IMG/VR virus record: IMGVR_UViG_3300031836_000395
Location: 1 to 33,326 of that record
Length of the DNA: 33,326 bases
Direction: 5' to 3' (one strand)
Source of the DNA: a virus
Taxonomy: Duplodnaviria; Caudoviricetes
Shown: one piece after another, positions 25,658-32,993 of the stretch
How positions within the stretch are numbered: position 1 is the stretch's first letter
Layout of the letters: each line of letters begins with the position of its first letter
Translations under genes and position numbers: made by a program
The notes under the pieces: model-generated
What the model saw: the letters and a program-made list of their open reading frames with translations, nothing else
Database searches by the model: none
Told to the model about the DNA's origin: nothing

Positions 25658-25797
25658 GGGCGCGATTGGTTGGTGTGGGCATCGATGACAACACCAGTGA
25701 CAATTGCGGAAGCCGCCACCCCCACCAGCAAGCCCGCGAGCGCGAGCGCGATGAACGCGGTGAGTAGTGGATGTTTGCAGGGGCGTGCATGCTTCAT
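25654..25797 (-). CDS. Small single-TM protein (not in ORF track)
   Basis: MKHARPCKHPLLTAFIALALAGLLVGVAASAIVTGVVIDAHTNQSRP (47 aa); SD GAGGAG; ATGA overlaps. Confidence 0.65.
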   Translation of the reverse strand: MKHARPCKHPLLTAFIALALAGLLVGVAASAIVTGVVIDAHTNQSRP

Positions 25798-25874
25798 CGG
25801 TGGGTCTCCTCAAAGTGGCGACGTCGAGCCCTCTGTGTCCTCATGACGGCCTGGATGTGGTCTGGACGAGTCAT
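25794..25874 (-). CDS. 26-aa micro-ORF (not in ORF track)
   Basis: MTRPDHIQAVMRTQRARRRHFEETHR; ATGA overlap at both ends. Confidence 0.5.
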   Translation of the reverse strand: MTRPDHIQAVMRTQRARRRHFEETHR

Positions 25875-26120
25875 CGTTCCCACCCGTCGACAATCAGGAA
25901 GTGCCCTGTTGCGCAGGTGCCGCGCCATCCGTCCCACGTGATAGGTCCGCAACACCGCGGGCAGTGCTCGAACTTGACGTCAATGGACCACACCACAATT
26001 CCGTTGGTCGATCCGCTCGGCGTCTTCCACCCGCAATCCCTCATGAGATCTCATCCAGGGTGCGGACGGTCCTGCGAGCGCGATATGGGTGGGTCTCCTC
26101 TAGGTGGCGTCGTCGAGCCC
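25799..26120. repeat. 33-bp imperfect direct repeat (25799-25831 and 26088-26120)
   Basis: ggtgggtctcctcAaAgtggcgAcgtcgagccc vs ggtgggtctcctcTaGgtggcgTcgtcgagccc, 30/33 identical. Confidence 0.85.
25871..26044 (-). CDS. Small Cys-rich protein (not in ORF track)
   Basis: MRDCGWKTPSGSTNGIVVWSIDVKFEHCPRCCGPITWDGWRGTCATGHFLIVDGWER (57 aa); ATGA overlaps. Confidence 0.6.
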   Translation of the reverse strand: MRDCGWKTPSGSTNGIVVWSIDVKFEHCPRCCGPITWDGWRGTCATGHFLIVDGWER

Positions 26121-26274
26121 ACGCCAGGATTAGCGTGAGTGTGATGGTGGTGGCCACGACCAGCAGACCGAAGCCGGTGCCGGTACCGGTCGTGGCGTAA
26201 TGGTTGGCGATCGCCAACACGGGGATGAAGGTGAGCGCGATGATGGTCCACGCGCGTGCATCACGGGCCGTCAT
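26041..26274 (-). CDS. Small two-TM membrane protein
   Basis: Two hydrophobic helices; ATGA overlaps. Confidence 0.7.
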   Translation of the reverse strand: MTARDARAWTIIALTFIPVLAIANHYATTGTGTGFGLLVVATTITLTLILAWARRRHLEETHPYRARRTVRTLDEIS

Positions 26275-26621
26275 GACGCGGGGCCGTTGGCTGGGGCGAG
26301 CGGGAAGCAGGGAACGCGACGACCGTCGGCCTGGATAACGAAGTTAGGGCCTGCGAAAAGTCCGAACGCCGCCCAGTCGCAACCGCGGCCGTGGTACTTC
26401 GTGTCTTTGGCGAGAGCGCCGATCACGCGACCAATGCAGACTTGGCCCAAGTGGTCGGACGCGAATGGCCGATCGGCGTTGGTTGCTTTGAGTGCGTCGC
26501 TGAAGTCCTGGCCGGTGGCCACATCGCCACAGGATGGGCACTTGAAAGCCCATCTCATCGGGTCGGCGCCATAGAGAACTGCGAGTTCTGCCACCAACTC
26601 GTCTTGGGTGTATTCAGTCAT
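26271..26621 (-). CDS. VVA0879-like Zn-binding phage protein
   Basis: WAFKCPSCG...QDF...CIGR...GCDWAAFGLF pattern. Confidence 0.75.
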   Translation of the reverse strand: MTEYTQDELVAELAVLYGADPMRWAFKCPSCGDVATGQDFSDALKATNADRPFASDHLGQVCIGRVIGALAKDTKYHGRGCDWAAFGLFAGPNFVIQADGRRVPCFPLAPANGPAS

Positions 26622-26971
26622 CGTGCACCGCCCGTTGATCTGGTGATGACGCCGGCGCGGATCCCGACTGCCACGATTGCTTGGTCGAGCTCTGCTAGTG
26701 CGGTGCCGTCGTGGTCGCTTAGGTGTTCGTATGCGCCCAGTGCGGTGATGGCTACATCGAGTAGTTCTTTGCGGACGTCGTCCATGGTGTGGGTGATGCC
26801 CTTGCGGGGATTCTGTCCACTCACACCGATGAATGCGGCGATGACTTCACCGTTCTCTTCCGCGATCTTCGCGAGACGCCCCCAAGTCACAGACTCTGGA
26901 GACCGGTGAGTGTTGCCCTTATTGATCCACTCGGACAGTGCCACTAGCGCGGCCTGTGACAATTCGCTCAT
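26618..26971 (-). CDS. MazG-like nucleotide pyrophosphohydrolase
   Basis: From ATG 26971: KIAEENGEV...GQNPRKG...KELLDV (EExxE...ExxD). Confidence 0.85.
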   Translation of the reverse strand: MSELSQAALVALSEWINKGNTHRSPESVTWGRLAKIAEENGEVIAAFIGVSGQNPRKGITHTMDDVRKELLDVAITALGAYEHLSDHDGTALAELDQAIVAVGIRAGVITRSTGGAR

Positions 26972-27369
26972 GACGCACCACCATTTGCGGCGAGCTCGAG
27001 CAGCACGTCGGCGTGGCATGGCTGATCGAGGGGGCACCAGCACGCGAGGTCATGGTCTGCGAGAGGTTCGAGGTAAGCGGTGAATCGACGCGTGTTGTGC
27101 AGACCCATCGCTCTGCACAGTCGACGGAACGTTGCAACGGACTCCGCGAGCGCTGCGGGAGGCGTCGAGTGGGACGAGTAGATAGTCTCTTGAAGTCTGA
27201 TGACGCCGAGGCCCCAGTTGTCGATGATGTTCTCGAACCGCTGCCCGACGACATCGCCACCGTCTGGCCATACTGGATTGCCCCACTTGCTCGGGCGAGC
27301 CACGATGACTGCATCGGGAAACTCGGGGCGCCACGGACGCTGGCGGCTCATCAGAACTCGCTGGGGCAT
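26968..27369 (-). CDS. DUF4326 family protein
   Basis: VARPSKWGNP...DLACWCPLDQPCHADVLLELA. Confidence 0.85.
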   Translation of the reverse strand: MPQRVLMSRQRPWRPEFPDAVIVARPSKWGNPVWPDGGDVVGQRFENIIDNWGLGVIRLQETIYSSHSTPPAALAESVATFRRLCRAMGLHNTRRFTAYLEPLADHDLACWCPLDQPCHADVLLELAANGGAS

Positions 27370-27820
27370 CACGCACCACCGTTCGCGGCGTTGAGGGCGG
27401 CGGCGATTGCCTTTAACCCGACGCGCATAGCATCCTCGGTGGACATACGGATGATGTCCGACGGCTCTCCGCTTCGTGTCGCTATCACTAGGCCGTTTCT
27501 TCGGCCAAGTAGCGACGTGCACGAATCGCGCATCTCAACGAGGGCGTCCTCGACGGCAAGGCGCGCAACTTCTAGCAACTTGGAGTCAGTCGCCACACGC
27601 TCCACCACCTCAGCGTCCGGCTCACGGGTGGGGTGCTCGTATAGGACGGTCGCTGGGAGGTCCGGCGCGTAGAACGCATCCGGCAGGTGGCCGTGAAAAT
27701 ATTGTGCGAACACGAGTTGCCCCGTCGCGGCCCTCAGCGCAGTGTCCATAGGCAGGTTCCGTGCCTGCTCCAGGTTCATCACGGTCACCGAGGTGGTCAT
27801 GACGCACCACCGTTCGCGGC
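26973..27820. repeat. Three 19-bp gene-junction repeats (26973-26991, 27371-27389, 27802-27820)
   Basis: ACGCACCACC(G/A)TT(C/T)GCGGC; on the coding strand each encodes AANGGA and abuts the stop/start overlap. Confidence 0.88.
27369..27800 (-). CDS. Mosaic hypothetical protein (paralogous modules with 27797-28435)
   Basis: PATVLYEHPTREPDAEVVERV...AANGGA. Confidence 0.7.
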   Translation of the reverse strand: MTTSVTVMNLEQARNLPMDTALRAATGQLVFAQYFHGHLPDAFYAPDLPATVLYEHPTREPDAEVVERVATDSKLLEVARLAVEDALVEMRDSCTSLLGRRNGLVIATRSGEPSDIIRMSTEDAMRVGLKAIAAALNAANGGA

Positions 27821-28435
27821 ACGAAGGTACATGGCTTCGTAACGCTTAAGGTCAGCGACGATGGTCGCCTTGGATGTGAGGCCCGGACTGTAGTAGCTCA
27901 CAACAAAGCGACGATGTTCAGCCAACGCTTCGGCCTTAATTCGAGCCACCGTCTCAGCGTCCGTCTTGGGGGCGGGGTGCGCTTCCGGCTCGTTGCAGTG
28001 GCCTAGCGTGTCGGTCATGCACCCGTGCTGATGAGCCGGGGCGGGGCACAGGTAGTCCCCGGTGCAACCCGGCAGGATGCCCTCAGGCTCGGGGGTGGGG
28101 TGCTCGTGCAGGACGGTGGCGGGGAACAACTCGGAGTACATCCAGAGCACGGCATCCAATGACCAAGCGCCGTGGTACAGAACTACCGAATCGGGACTCA
28201 CCTCCACTGTCAGCACCCATCCGTTTTCGGCTCTGATTGCTTGACCGTCGAGTGCCTTCAGTTCCTCCACGGTCGTTACACTCACCGGCTGGCCCAGCGC
28301 GGCGATGGCGGCACGGGCTTTAGCTAGCACTTGGCTTCCATTCGCCATCTCCTCGGCAGTCAACCGCTCGCCGCGATAATGACTCAAACCCAGGTAGCCC
28401 TCGACCACGTGAAGGTCATCAATAAGCGCGTTCAT
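27797..28435 (-). CDS. Mosaic hypothetical protein
   Basis: VTTVEELKAL...PATVLHEHPTPEP...DAETVARI...AANGGAS, with a Cys/His insert. Confidence 0.7.
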   Translation of the reverse strand: MNALIDDLHVVEGYLGLSHYRGERLTAEEMANGSQVLAKARAAIAALGQPVSVTTVEELKALDGQAIRAENGWVLTVEVSPDSVVLYHGAWSLDAVLWMYSELFPATVLHEHPTPEPEGILPGCTGDYLCPAPAHQHGCMTDTLGHCNEPEAHPAPKTDAETVARIKAEALAEHRRFVVSYYSPGLTSKATIVADLKRYEAMYLRAANGGAS

Positions 28436-28797
28436 GATCCGACCACCGATCCGTCATTCCAAATGAACTCGCTGACGGGAAGATGCTTGCCACACCCGAC
28501 GCAGTACGTTGAGCCGTAGAACTTGGGGTCGCGGGCGTAGGTCTCGGCAATGCCATCCGACATCGTCGTCGCGGCCCCGCACCCCTCCAGGCCACGAGGT
28601 AGAGACACCCACGGACCCGTCGGCACTGGCGATCCATCTGCCATGTACCAATGCGAATAGGTCCGCCTTACAGGACGGGTGAAGCCCTTCTCGCGTTCCG
28701 CGTCTGACAAAACGAGGTATACGTCGGCCTGTTCGGTCGGCTCTGCGTCCACTCCGTGAGTGAGCCGAGGGTCGTCGGGGTTGTCTGTGGTGCTCAT
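28432..28797 (-). CDS. Conserved Zn-binding phage protein
   Basis: From ATG 28797: YLVLSDAEREKGFTRPVRRTYSH...CG...IAETYARDPKFYGSTYCVGC. Confidence 0.75.
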   Translation of the reverse strand: MSTTDNPDDPRLTHGVDAEPTEQADVYLVLSDAEREKGFTRPVRRTYSHWYMADGSPVPTGPWVSLPRGLEGCGAATTMSDGIAETYARDPKFYGSTYCVGCGKHLPVSEFIWNDGSVVGS

Positions 28798-29159
28798 GCT
28801 GCGGCCTTCCAACGAAAGATTGTGCGGTCGGAGACACCAACGATGGCCGCGACCTGCGTCGGAATCTTGCCCTCAGCCAGCAACGCGAGCGCCAGGCGGC
28901 GACTGTTTACCATGCGTGTTGGTTGCCTGCGTTTGATCTCGCGACCGCGAGTGATGCGGCGGCGTTCTTTGGGTGTGGTGCCACCCCATACGCCGATGGT
29001 TCCCGGCTTGGCGAGCCCTGCCTCGAGGCAGGTATCCTTGACGGTGCAGGTGTGGCAGATCTTCTTGGCTGCGGCTGGTGAGCCTCCCTTTTCGGGGAAG
29101 AAGATCTCAGGGTCGATTTGTGCGCATAGTGCGTCGAGTTGCCAGTCGGTGGTGATCAT
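28794..29159 (-). CDS. whiB: WhiB-family Fe-S transcription factor with C-terminal HTH
   Basis: C...DPEIFFP...CxxC...C, GVWGG turn; C-terminal VAAIVGVSDRTIFRWK. Confidence 0.92.
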   Translation of the reverse strand: MITTDWQLDALCAQIDPEIFFPEKGGSPAAAKKICHTCTVKDTCLEAGLAKPGTIGVWGGTTPKERRRITRGREIKRRQPTRMVNSRRLALALLAEGKIPTQVAAIVGVSDRTIFRWKAAA

Positions 29160-30616
29160 GCTGATTCACCGCCCTCGTCGACGGGTGCGGCCTGGTCGAA
29201 GGCTTCACGCATCGACACCTCAACGTCGGTCAGGGTGTAGCCGGCGGCCTCGAGGACTTTGAACCATGACACAGCAGCCGCGCGAACCGTAACCTGCCAC
29301 GGGTTGTTGGCCTTCACGATGCTGCTGTACCTCCACTCGGATACAGGAACGTTCTCATCGATGGCTGGCACCACCGCGAGCGCCAACGCGAGCGCAGGAT
29401 CGGTGGGCCACTTGATGCCGTCGGGCAGTGTTGGCCCCGCACCCAGGCTGAAGCACCGGTCGTCGGTGGCGTAGTCCACAGCCGCGGCGACGATGATGGC
29501 GCGTTGCGTGTCGCGGCCCGTGCCGGTCTCGGTGAAGAGGTGGCAGATCCAGGACCAGCGTGCGGTCTCCGCGGCGTCGAGGTCGGCATTGAGTTGTTCG
29601 CAGGCCGCGTGTTCCTCGGCGCTCACACCGCCATATGTGGCGGTGTTTTTCAACTGCAGCTTCTCCCACACCTCAGCGTGGTGGGTCGCCGGGTCGGTAC
29701 ACACCCACGTCGTCTGCCCCTTCCGCTCGTTATACCGCCAATCCCCGACATACACGGCAGCACCGGGGCACGACGCGTGATCGTCAGGCTTGATACCTAG
29801 GGGTTTGATGTCCGTTGCCGTGCGGCGCGCTTCGGCGTCGATCTGCTTCACACCGGTGGAGTCGATGTACTCCATCCACTCCTTGTCCGCCTCACGTCGG
29901 TCTAGGTCACCCAGTGCCTGACCGATGGCCCAACCCCTGAGTTCGCCGGCGTCGAGTTGCACCATGAGCTCGTCGTACACGCCCTGGTCGCGGCCGGCGA
30001 TGTCCGCCAAGGTGATCGCCTCGTCAAGGGTCATCGACTTGTTGACGACCTGTGACTCAACACTGGCCGGCAGATTCGCGATCGCCAGGCGCTGACCTAC
30101 CGTCTTCACGGCGCGGCCGGTGCGCTTAGCAATCTGCGTGCGCTTCATTCCAAAATCGAACAGGCCACGCATCCCGTGAGCCTCCTCAAAGACAGTCAAG
30201 TCAGAGCGGTGCAGGTTCTCCACCAACATCACCTCGAGTTGCTCCGCGTCCGACATGCCCTCACGGATGATCGCCGGCACCGTGGCCATGCCGGCGTCAC
30301 GGGCAGCAGCGATGCGACGGTGACCCGCGATCACGGTGTAACGAGAGGGGAACCTGCCCGAACCCTGAAAACCAGGAACCAACAGCACCGGCTCAAGGAG
30401 GCCCTGCTCCTTGATGGACGCCGTCAACTCGGTCAGGTCGCCCAAGTCATTGCGTGGGTTGTTCGGATGCGCGTCGATTGAGTCAACGGAGATCTCACGC
30501 AGCACCGCCGATGCAGGGGCGAGAGCATCAACCGCGGTGTGTGTCGACGTCGACGGCTCAGCCGCCTTCACAGGAGTGCGCTTCTTACTTGTCGTGGTGG
30601 TCGTGGTGGGAGACAT
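29156..30616 (-). CDS. ParB/Spo0J-like protein
   Basis: NNPR, SIKEQGLLEPV, IAGHRRIAA, ENLHRSDL, HTH IAKRTGR; SD GAAAGGA (alternative start GTG 30619). Confidence 0.88.
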   Translation of the reverse strand: MSPTTTTTTSKKRTPVKAAEPSTSTHTAVDALAPASAVLREISVDSIDAHPNNPRNDLGDLTELTASIKEQGLLEPVLLVPGFQGSGRFPSRYTVIAGHRRIAAARDAGMATVPAIIREGMSDAEQLEVMLVENLHRSDLTVFEEAHGMRGLFDFGMKRTQIAKRTGRAVKTVGQRLAIANLPASVESQVVNKSMTLDEAITLADIAGRDQGVYDELMVQLDAGELRGWAIGQALGDLDRREADKEWMEYIDSTGVKQIDAEARRTATDIKPLGIKPDDHASCPGAAVYVGDWRYNERKGQTTWVCTDPATHHAEVWEKLQLKNTATYGGVSAEEHAACEQLNADLDAAETARWSWICHLFTETGTGRDTQRAIIVAAAVDYATDDRCFSLGAGPTLPDGIKWPTDPALALALAVVPAIDENVPVSEWRYSSIVKANNPWQVTVRAAAVSWFKVLEAAGYTLTDVEVSMREAFDQAAPVDEGGESA

Positions 30617-30651
30617 CACGAATTCCTTTCAACTAGGTGCAGGGTGGGGTA

Positions 30652-30987
30652 CTACTGGGCAGGGCTAAACGTGTGCGTGCGCAGCTGCTCACGCATCGGC
30701 ATCGGCAAATGCGGGTTGCGCCAATCACGAGGACAGGACAGAAGGTGCTGCTTGATGCGGTGCTCGCAGGACTCATCCCACGGCTCATCGGCGGTGACAA
30801 GGCGGGCCCGGTCCTCACCCGCCGGCGTGGTGTACAACACGTAACGGCGAGCCTCCGGATCGTCCGTGGTCAGTGCGTTCCACTCGTCGAAACACATCGG
30901 GCGGCCCGTCGCGTCGTAGGGCAGCCACAGAACCTTCTCGCCACACTTCTTACAACGAGGCACCTTCACGTAATCGTGGAGGCTCAT
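30652..30987 (-). CDS. Zn-binding hypothetical protein
   Basis: From ATG 30987: CKKCGEKVLW...GRPM...HLLSCP. Confidence 0.7.
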   Translation of the reverse strand: MSLHDYVKVPRCKKCGEKVLWLPYDATGRPMCFDEWNALTTDDPEARRYVLYTTPAGEDRARLVTADEPWDESCEHRIKQHLLSCPRDWRNPHLPMPMREQLRTHTFSPAQ

Positions 30988-31343
30988 AAGAACACCCCCG
31001 GCCGATAACCCGTGCGGCGATACACCGCCACGTGAGCACCATTTGCCGTGGCGCCCGTCGACGGAACCTTCGCGTGGATCCGTTGACCCATCACCATGAG
31101 CAACACAGGCTCGAGCAACCCCGCCGCGCATGCCTTCCTCATCAGACCCGCACGCTGCTTGGTCGGGATCTCGGCGTCGTCGACGGACTCGCGGATGGTG
31201 TTGAACGTGAACTGTGTGCCCCGACGCACCGACGCGATGATGTTCATGAACGCCGTCTCCTGCACGACGAGCAGATCCTCAATCGAGCGTTGCTGGCCGT
31301 GAATCTTCGCGGCCGTCGCGGTGGCGTGGGACACGGCAGTCAT
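30984..31343 (-). CDS. Hypothetical protein (possible winged helix)
   Basis: 119 aa, ATGA overlaps. Confidence 0.65.
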   Translation of the reverse strand: MTAVSHATATAAKIHGQQRSIEDLLVVQETAFMNIIASVRRGTQFTFNTIRESVDDAEIPTKQRAGLMRKACAAGLLEPVLLMVMGQRIHAKVPSTGATANGAHVAVYRRTGYRPGVFL

Positions 31344-31579
31344 GACGACACCACCCGCTCCAACTCTGTGACCATCGCGAGTGCTTGGTGGGCGTCGTGT
31401 GCGAGGTAGTGGTTGCCGAGCGCGGTCTGGATATCGGCCACACGTTGCAGGCTGCGTGATGCGTTGCGGAGACTCGCGTTGACTACCTGGTCCAGGAGGG
31501 CGTCAGTGTTGCCCTCAGCCGCACGTGAGAGGGCGTCTGTGGTCTCGCGCGTGAGAGCGGTCGGCGGCGTGGTCGTCAT
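31340..31579 (-). CDS. Small helical hypothetical protein
   Basis: 79 aa, ATGA overlaps. Confidence 0.65.
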   Translation of the reverse strand: MTTTPPTALTRETTDALSRAAEGNTDALLDQVVNASLRNASRSLQRVADIQTALGNHYLAHDAHQALAMVTELERVVSS

Positions 31580-31833
31580 CGGGAGGTCACCCCCACGTTG
31601 TCGAGGACCTCGAGAGCGTCTGCGAGTTCGGCATGTGCGACACGTAGCTTCGCTGCGACGTCCTCTGCAACATGACGGGCCGGGTCGAGGAGCGACACCT
31701 GGTCAAGAGCGTTGCGAGCGACACGCAAATGCTCGGCCGCGTCGAGCGCCTGGATACGGGCTAACTGCAACGAGACGTGCGCCTCAGGGATCCGTTCGGG
31801 AGAGAACATCAACCGGTTCGTGGGAACACTCAT
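31576..31833 (-). CDS. Small helical hypothetical protein
   Basis: 85 aa, SD AGGTG. Confidence 0.65.
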   Translation of the reverse strand: MSVPTNRLMFSPERIPEAHVSLQLARIQALDAAEHLRVARNALDQVSLLDPARHVAEDVAAKLRVAHAELADALEVLDNVGVTSR

Positions 31834-32657
31834 CAGACACCTGCCCTGGCGGTGGCGTGTCCGCGAGCGCTAACGTGGCGGATACACGAACGAGAGGGAG
31901 TCCGATGGGGCTGTTCAGCAGGAAGGTCAGCAAGGCAGTCGCGGAGGAGCGGGCGGCGTCCTTCTACAGGCGCGTGATGGTGCCCGAGCAGACCGAGATT
32001 GTCGGTGTGGCGCACTACCAAGATGGTTTGGCGGCGTCCCTCAAACGAGAGCACAAGCGGGCACAGGAAGCGACGCTCACCCTGGTGTTGCGCGCAGACC
32101 CCAACAACCCCAAGGACCCGGACGCGATCGCGGTGTTCCACCGTGATCATCTGGTTGGACACATTGCGAAGACCGAGACCGGCATCTTCCACCCGCAGAT
32201 GGCCCCGACCTACCCGGAAGAGATCCCGGTCGTTGAGGCTGAGATGGTCGTGCGCGGCGGTCGACGCTACCTTCGCGTCTACAGCTTCGTGACGCCCATA
32301 GCGAGCGATGTCGGTGAGCCCGGCCCCATGCTGACCATCGGCAACATCCGCGGGCAGAACGTCGACCAACATGCCGTCGAGCAATGGATCGCCGGCGGCG
32401 CGCCCGTTGGTGTCAAGAGCGTGCTCAGTGTCGCGCAGCTCGCCCTCCATCCGTACAGCGGTCTTGATGTCGTGATTCATCTCGGCGGTGTGGCAGTGGC
32501 CGTGGCGCCCAAGGGCAAGCGCGAAGCGATCGCCCGAGAAGTTCGCGCAGCAACGAAGGTCGATGCGACTCTCGGTGCGCCTGTGCGGGTGGCGTTCACG
32601 GAGTCGGGTGTGTGGACTGTGACTATCCAGAAGCCCTCGATCGCGTAATTGGATCAT
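31833..32657 (-). CDS. Antisense ORF spanning the HIRAN gene, coupled to both neighbours (function doubtful)
   Basis: ATGA overlap with the cro stop and TGATG overlap with the 31833 start; composition is shadow-like. Confidence 0.3.
   Translation of the reverse strand: MIQLRDRGLLDSHSPHTRLRERHPHRRTESRIDLRCCANFSGDRFALALGRHGHCHTAEMNHDIKTAVRMEGELRDTEHALDTNGRAAGDPLLDGMLVDVLPADVADGQHGAGLTDIARYGRHEAVDAKVASTAAHDHLSLNDRDLFRVGRGHLRVEDAGLGLRNVSNQMITVEHRDRVRVLGVVGVCAQHQGERRFLCPLVLSFEGRRQTILVVRHTDNLGLLGHHHAPVEGRRPLLRDCLADLPAEQPHRTPSRSCIRHVSARGHATARAGV
31905..32648 (+). CDS. HIRAN-domain protein (inverted moron)
   Basis: From ATG 31905 (SD GGGAG): MGLFSRK, IVGVAHYQ, ADPNNPKDPDAIAV, VGHI; 247 aa. Confidence 0.82.
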   Translation: MGLFSRKVSKAVAEERAASFYRRVMVPEQTEIVGVAHYQDGLAASLKREHKRAQEATLTLVLRADPNNPKDPDAIAVFHRDHLVGHIAKTETGIFHPQMAPTYPEEIPVVEAEMVVRGGRRYLRVYSFVTPIASDVGEPGPMLTIGNIRGQNVDQHAVEQWIAGGAPVGVKSVLSVAQLALHPYSGLDVVIHLGGVAVAVAPKGKREAIAREVRAATKVDATLGAPVRVAFTESGVWTVTIQKPSIA

Positions 32658-32884
32658 GACGCCACCCCATTGATGCGGGCTAGCTTCTCTTCGAGTTTCT
32701 TGCGACGTTTCGCCGCGAGCGCGTAGACCTCGGCTTCGTCGAACTTGTACGGTCCGAGTGGGCCGTCCTTCTTTTCCACGGTGTGGAGTACGCCTTGCTC
32801 TCGCAGGCGATGGACCGTTTTACGGTCGACGCCAAGGATCTCGGCTGCTTCGCCGGCCTGGATTCTCGATACGGAATGTCGCAT
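32654..32884 (-). CDS. Cro/excise-like HTH protein, first early lytic gene
   Basis: AGEAAEILGVDRKTVHRLREQGVL HTH; divergent from the repressor. Confidence 0.85.
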   Translation of the reverse strand: MRHSVSRIQAGEAAEILGVDRKTVHRLREQGVLHTVEKKDGPLGPYKFDEAEVYALAAKRRKKLEEKLARINGVAS

Positions 32885-32891
32885 GCGTTAC

Positions 32892-32922
32892 ACAATAGGA
32901 CACAGGTGTAGTGCGCTGTCAA
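32892..32922 (-). promoter_or_regulatory. Early lytic promoter TTGACA-N19-TATTGT, leaderless cro
   Basis: -35 at 32917-32922; -10 at 32892-32897, 7 nt before ATG 32884. Confidence 0.65.
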
Positions 32923-32963
32923 CTGCGACGCGGCGTGTTGCGTGAATATAGGTTCCGCACATG

Positions 32964-32993
32964 TTGCGCCAGATGTGGCGCATGCCCTATTGT
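32964..32993 (+). promoter_or_regulatory. Repressor promoter TTGCGC-N18-TATTGT with overlapping operator-like palindrome
   Basis: TGCGCCA-GATG-TGGCGCA (32965-32982) overlaps the -35. Confidence 0.6.

Noticed and set aside
26973-27820. CRISPR array or integron attC interpretation of the junction repeats
   Set aside because: Spacing ~400 bp, repeats are coding and non-palindromic, and there is no cas gene or attC R-box/hairpin structure.
24396-28810. C-terminal AAA ends of the WhiB and ASCH proteins as ssrA-like degrons
   Set aside because: Equally explained by the overlapping SD-spacer-ATGA of the next gene; no independent support.
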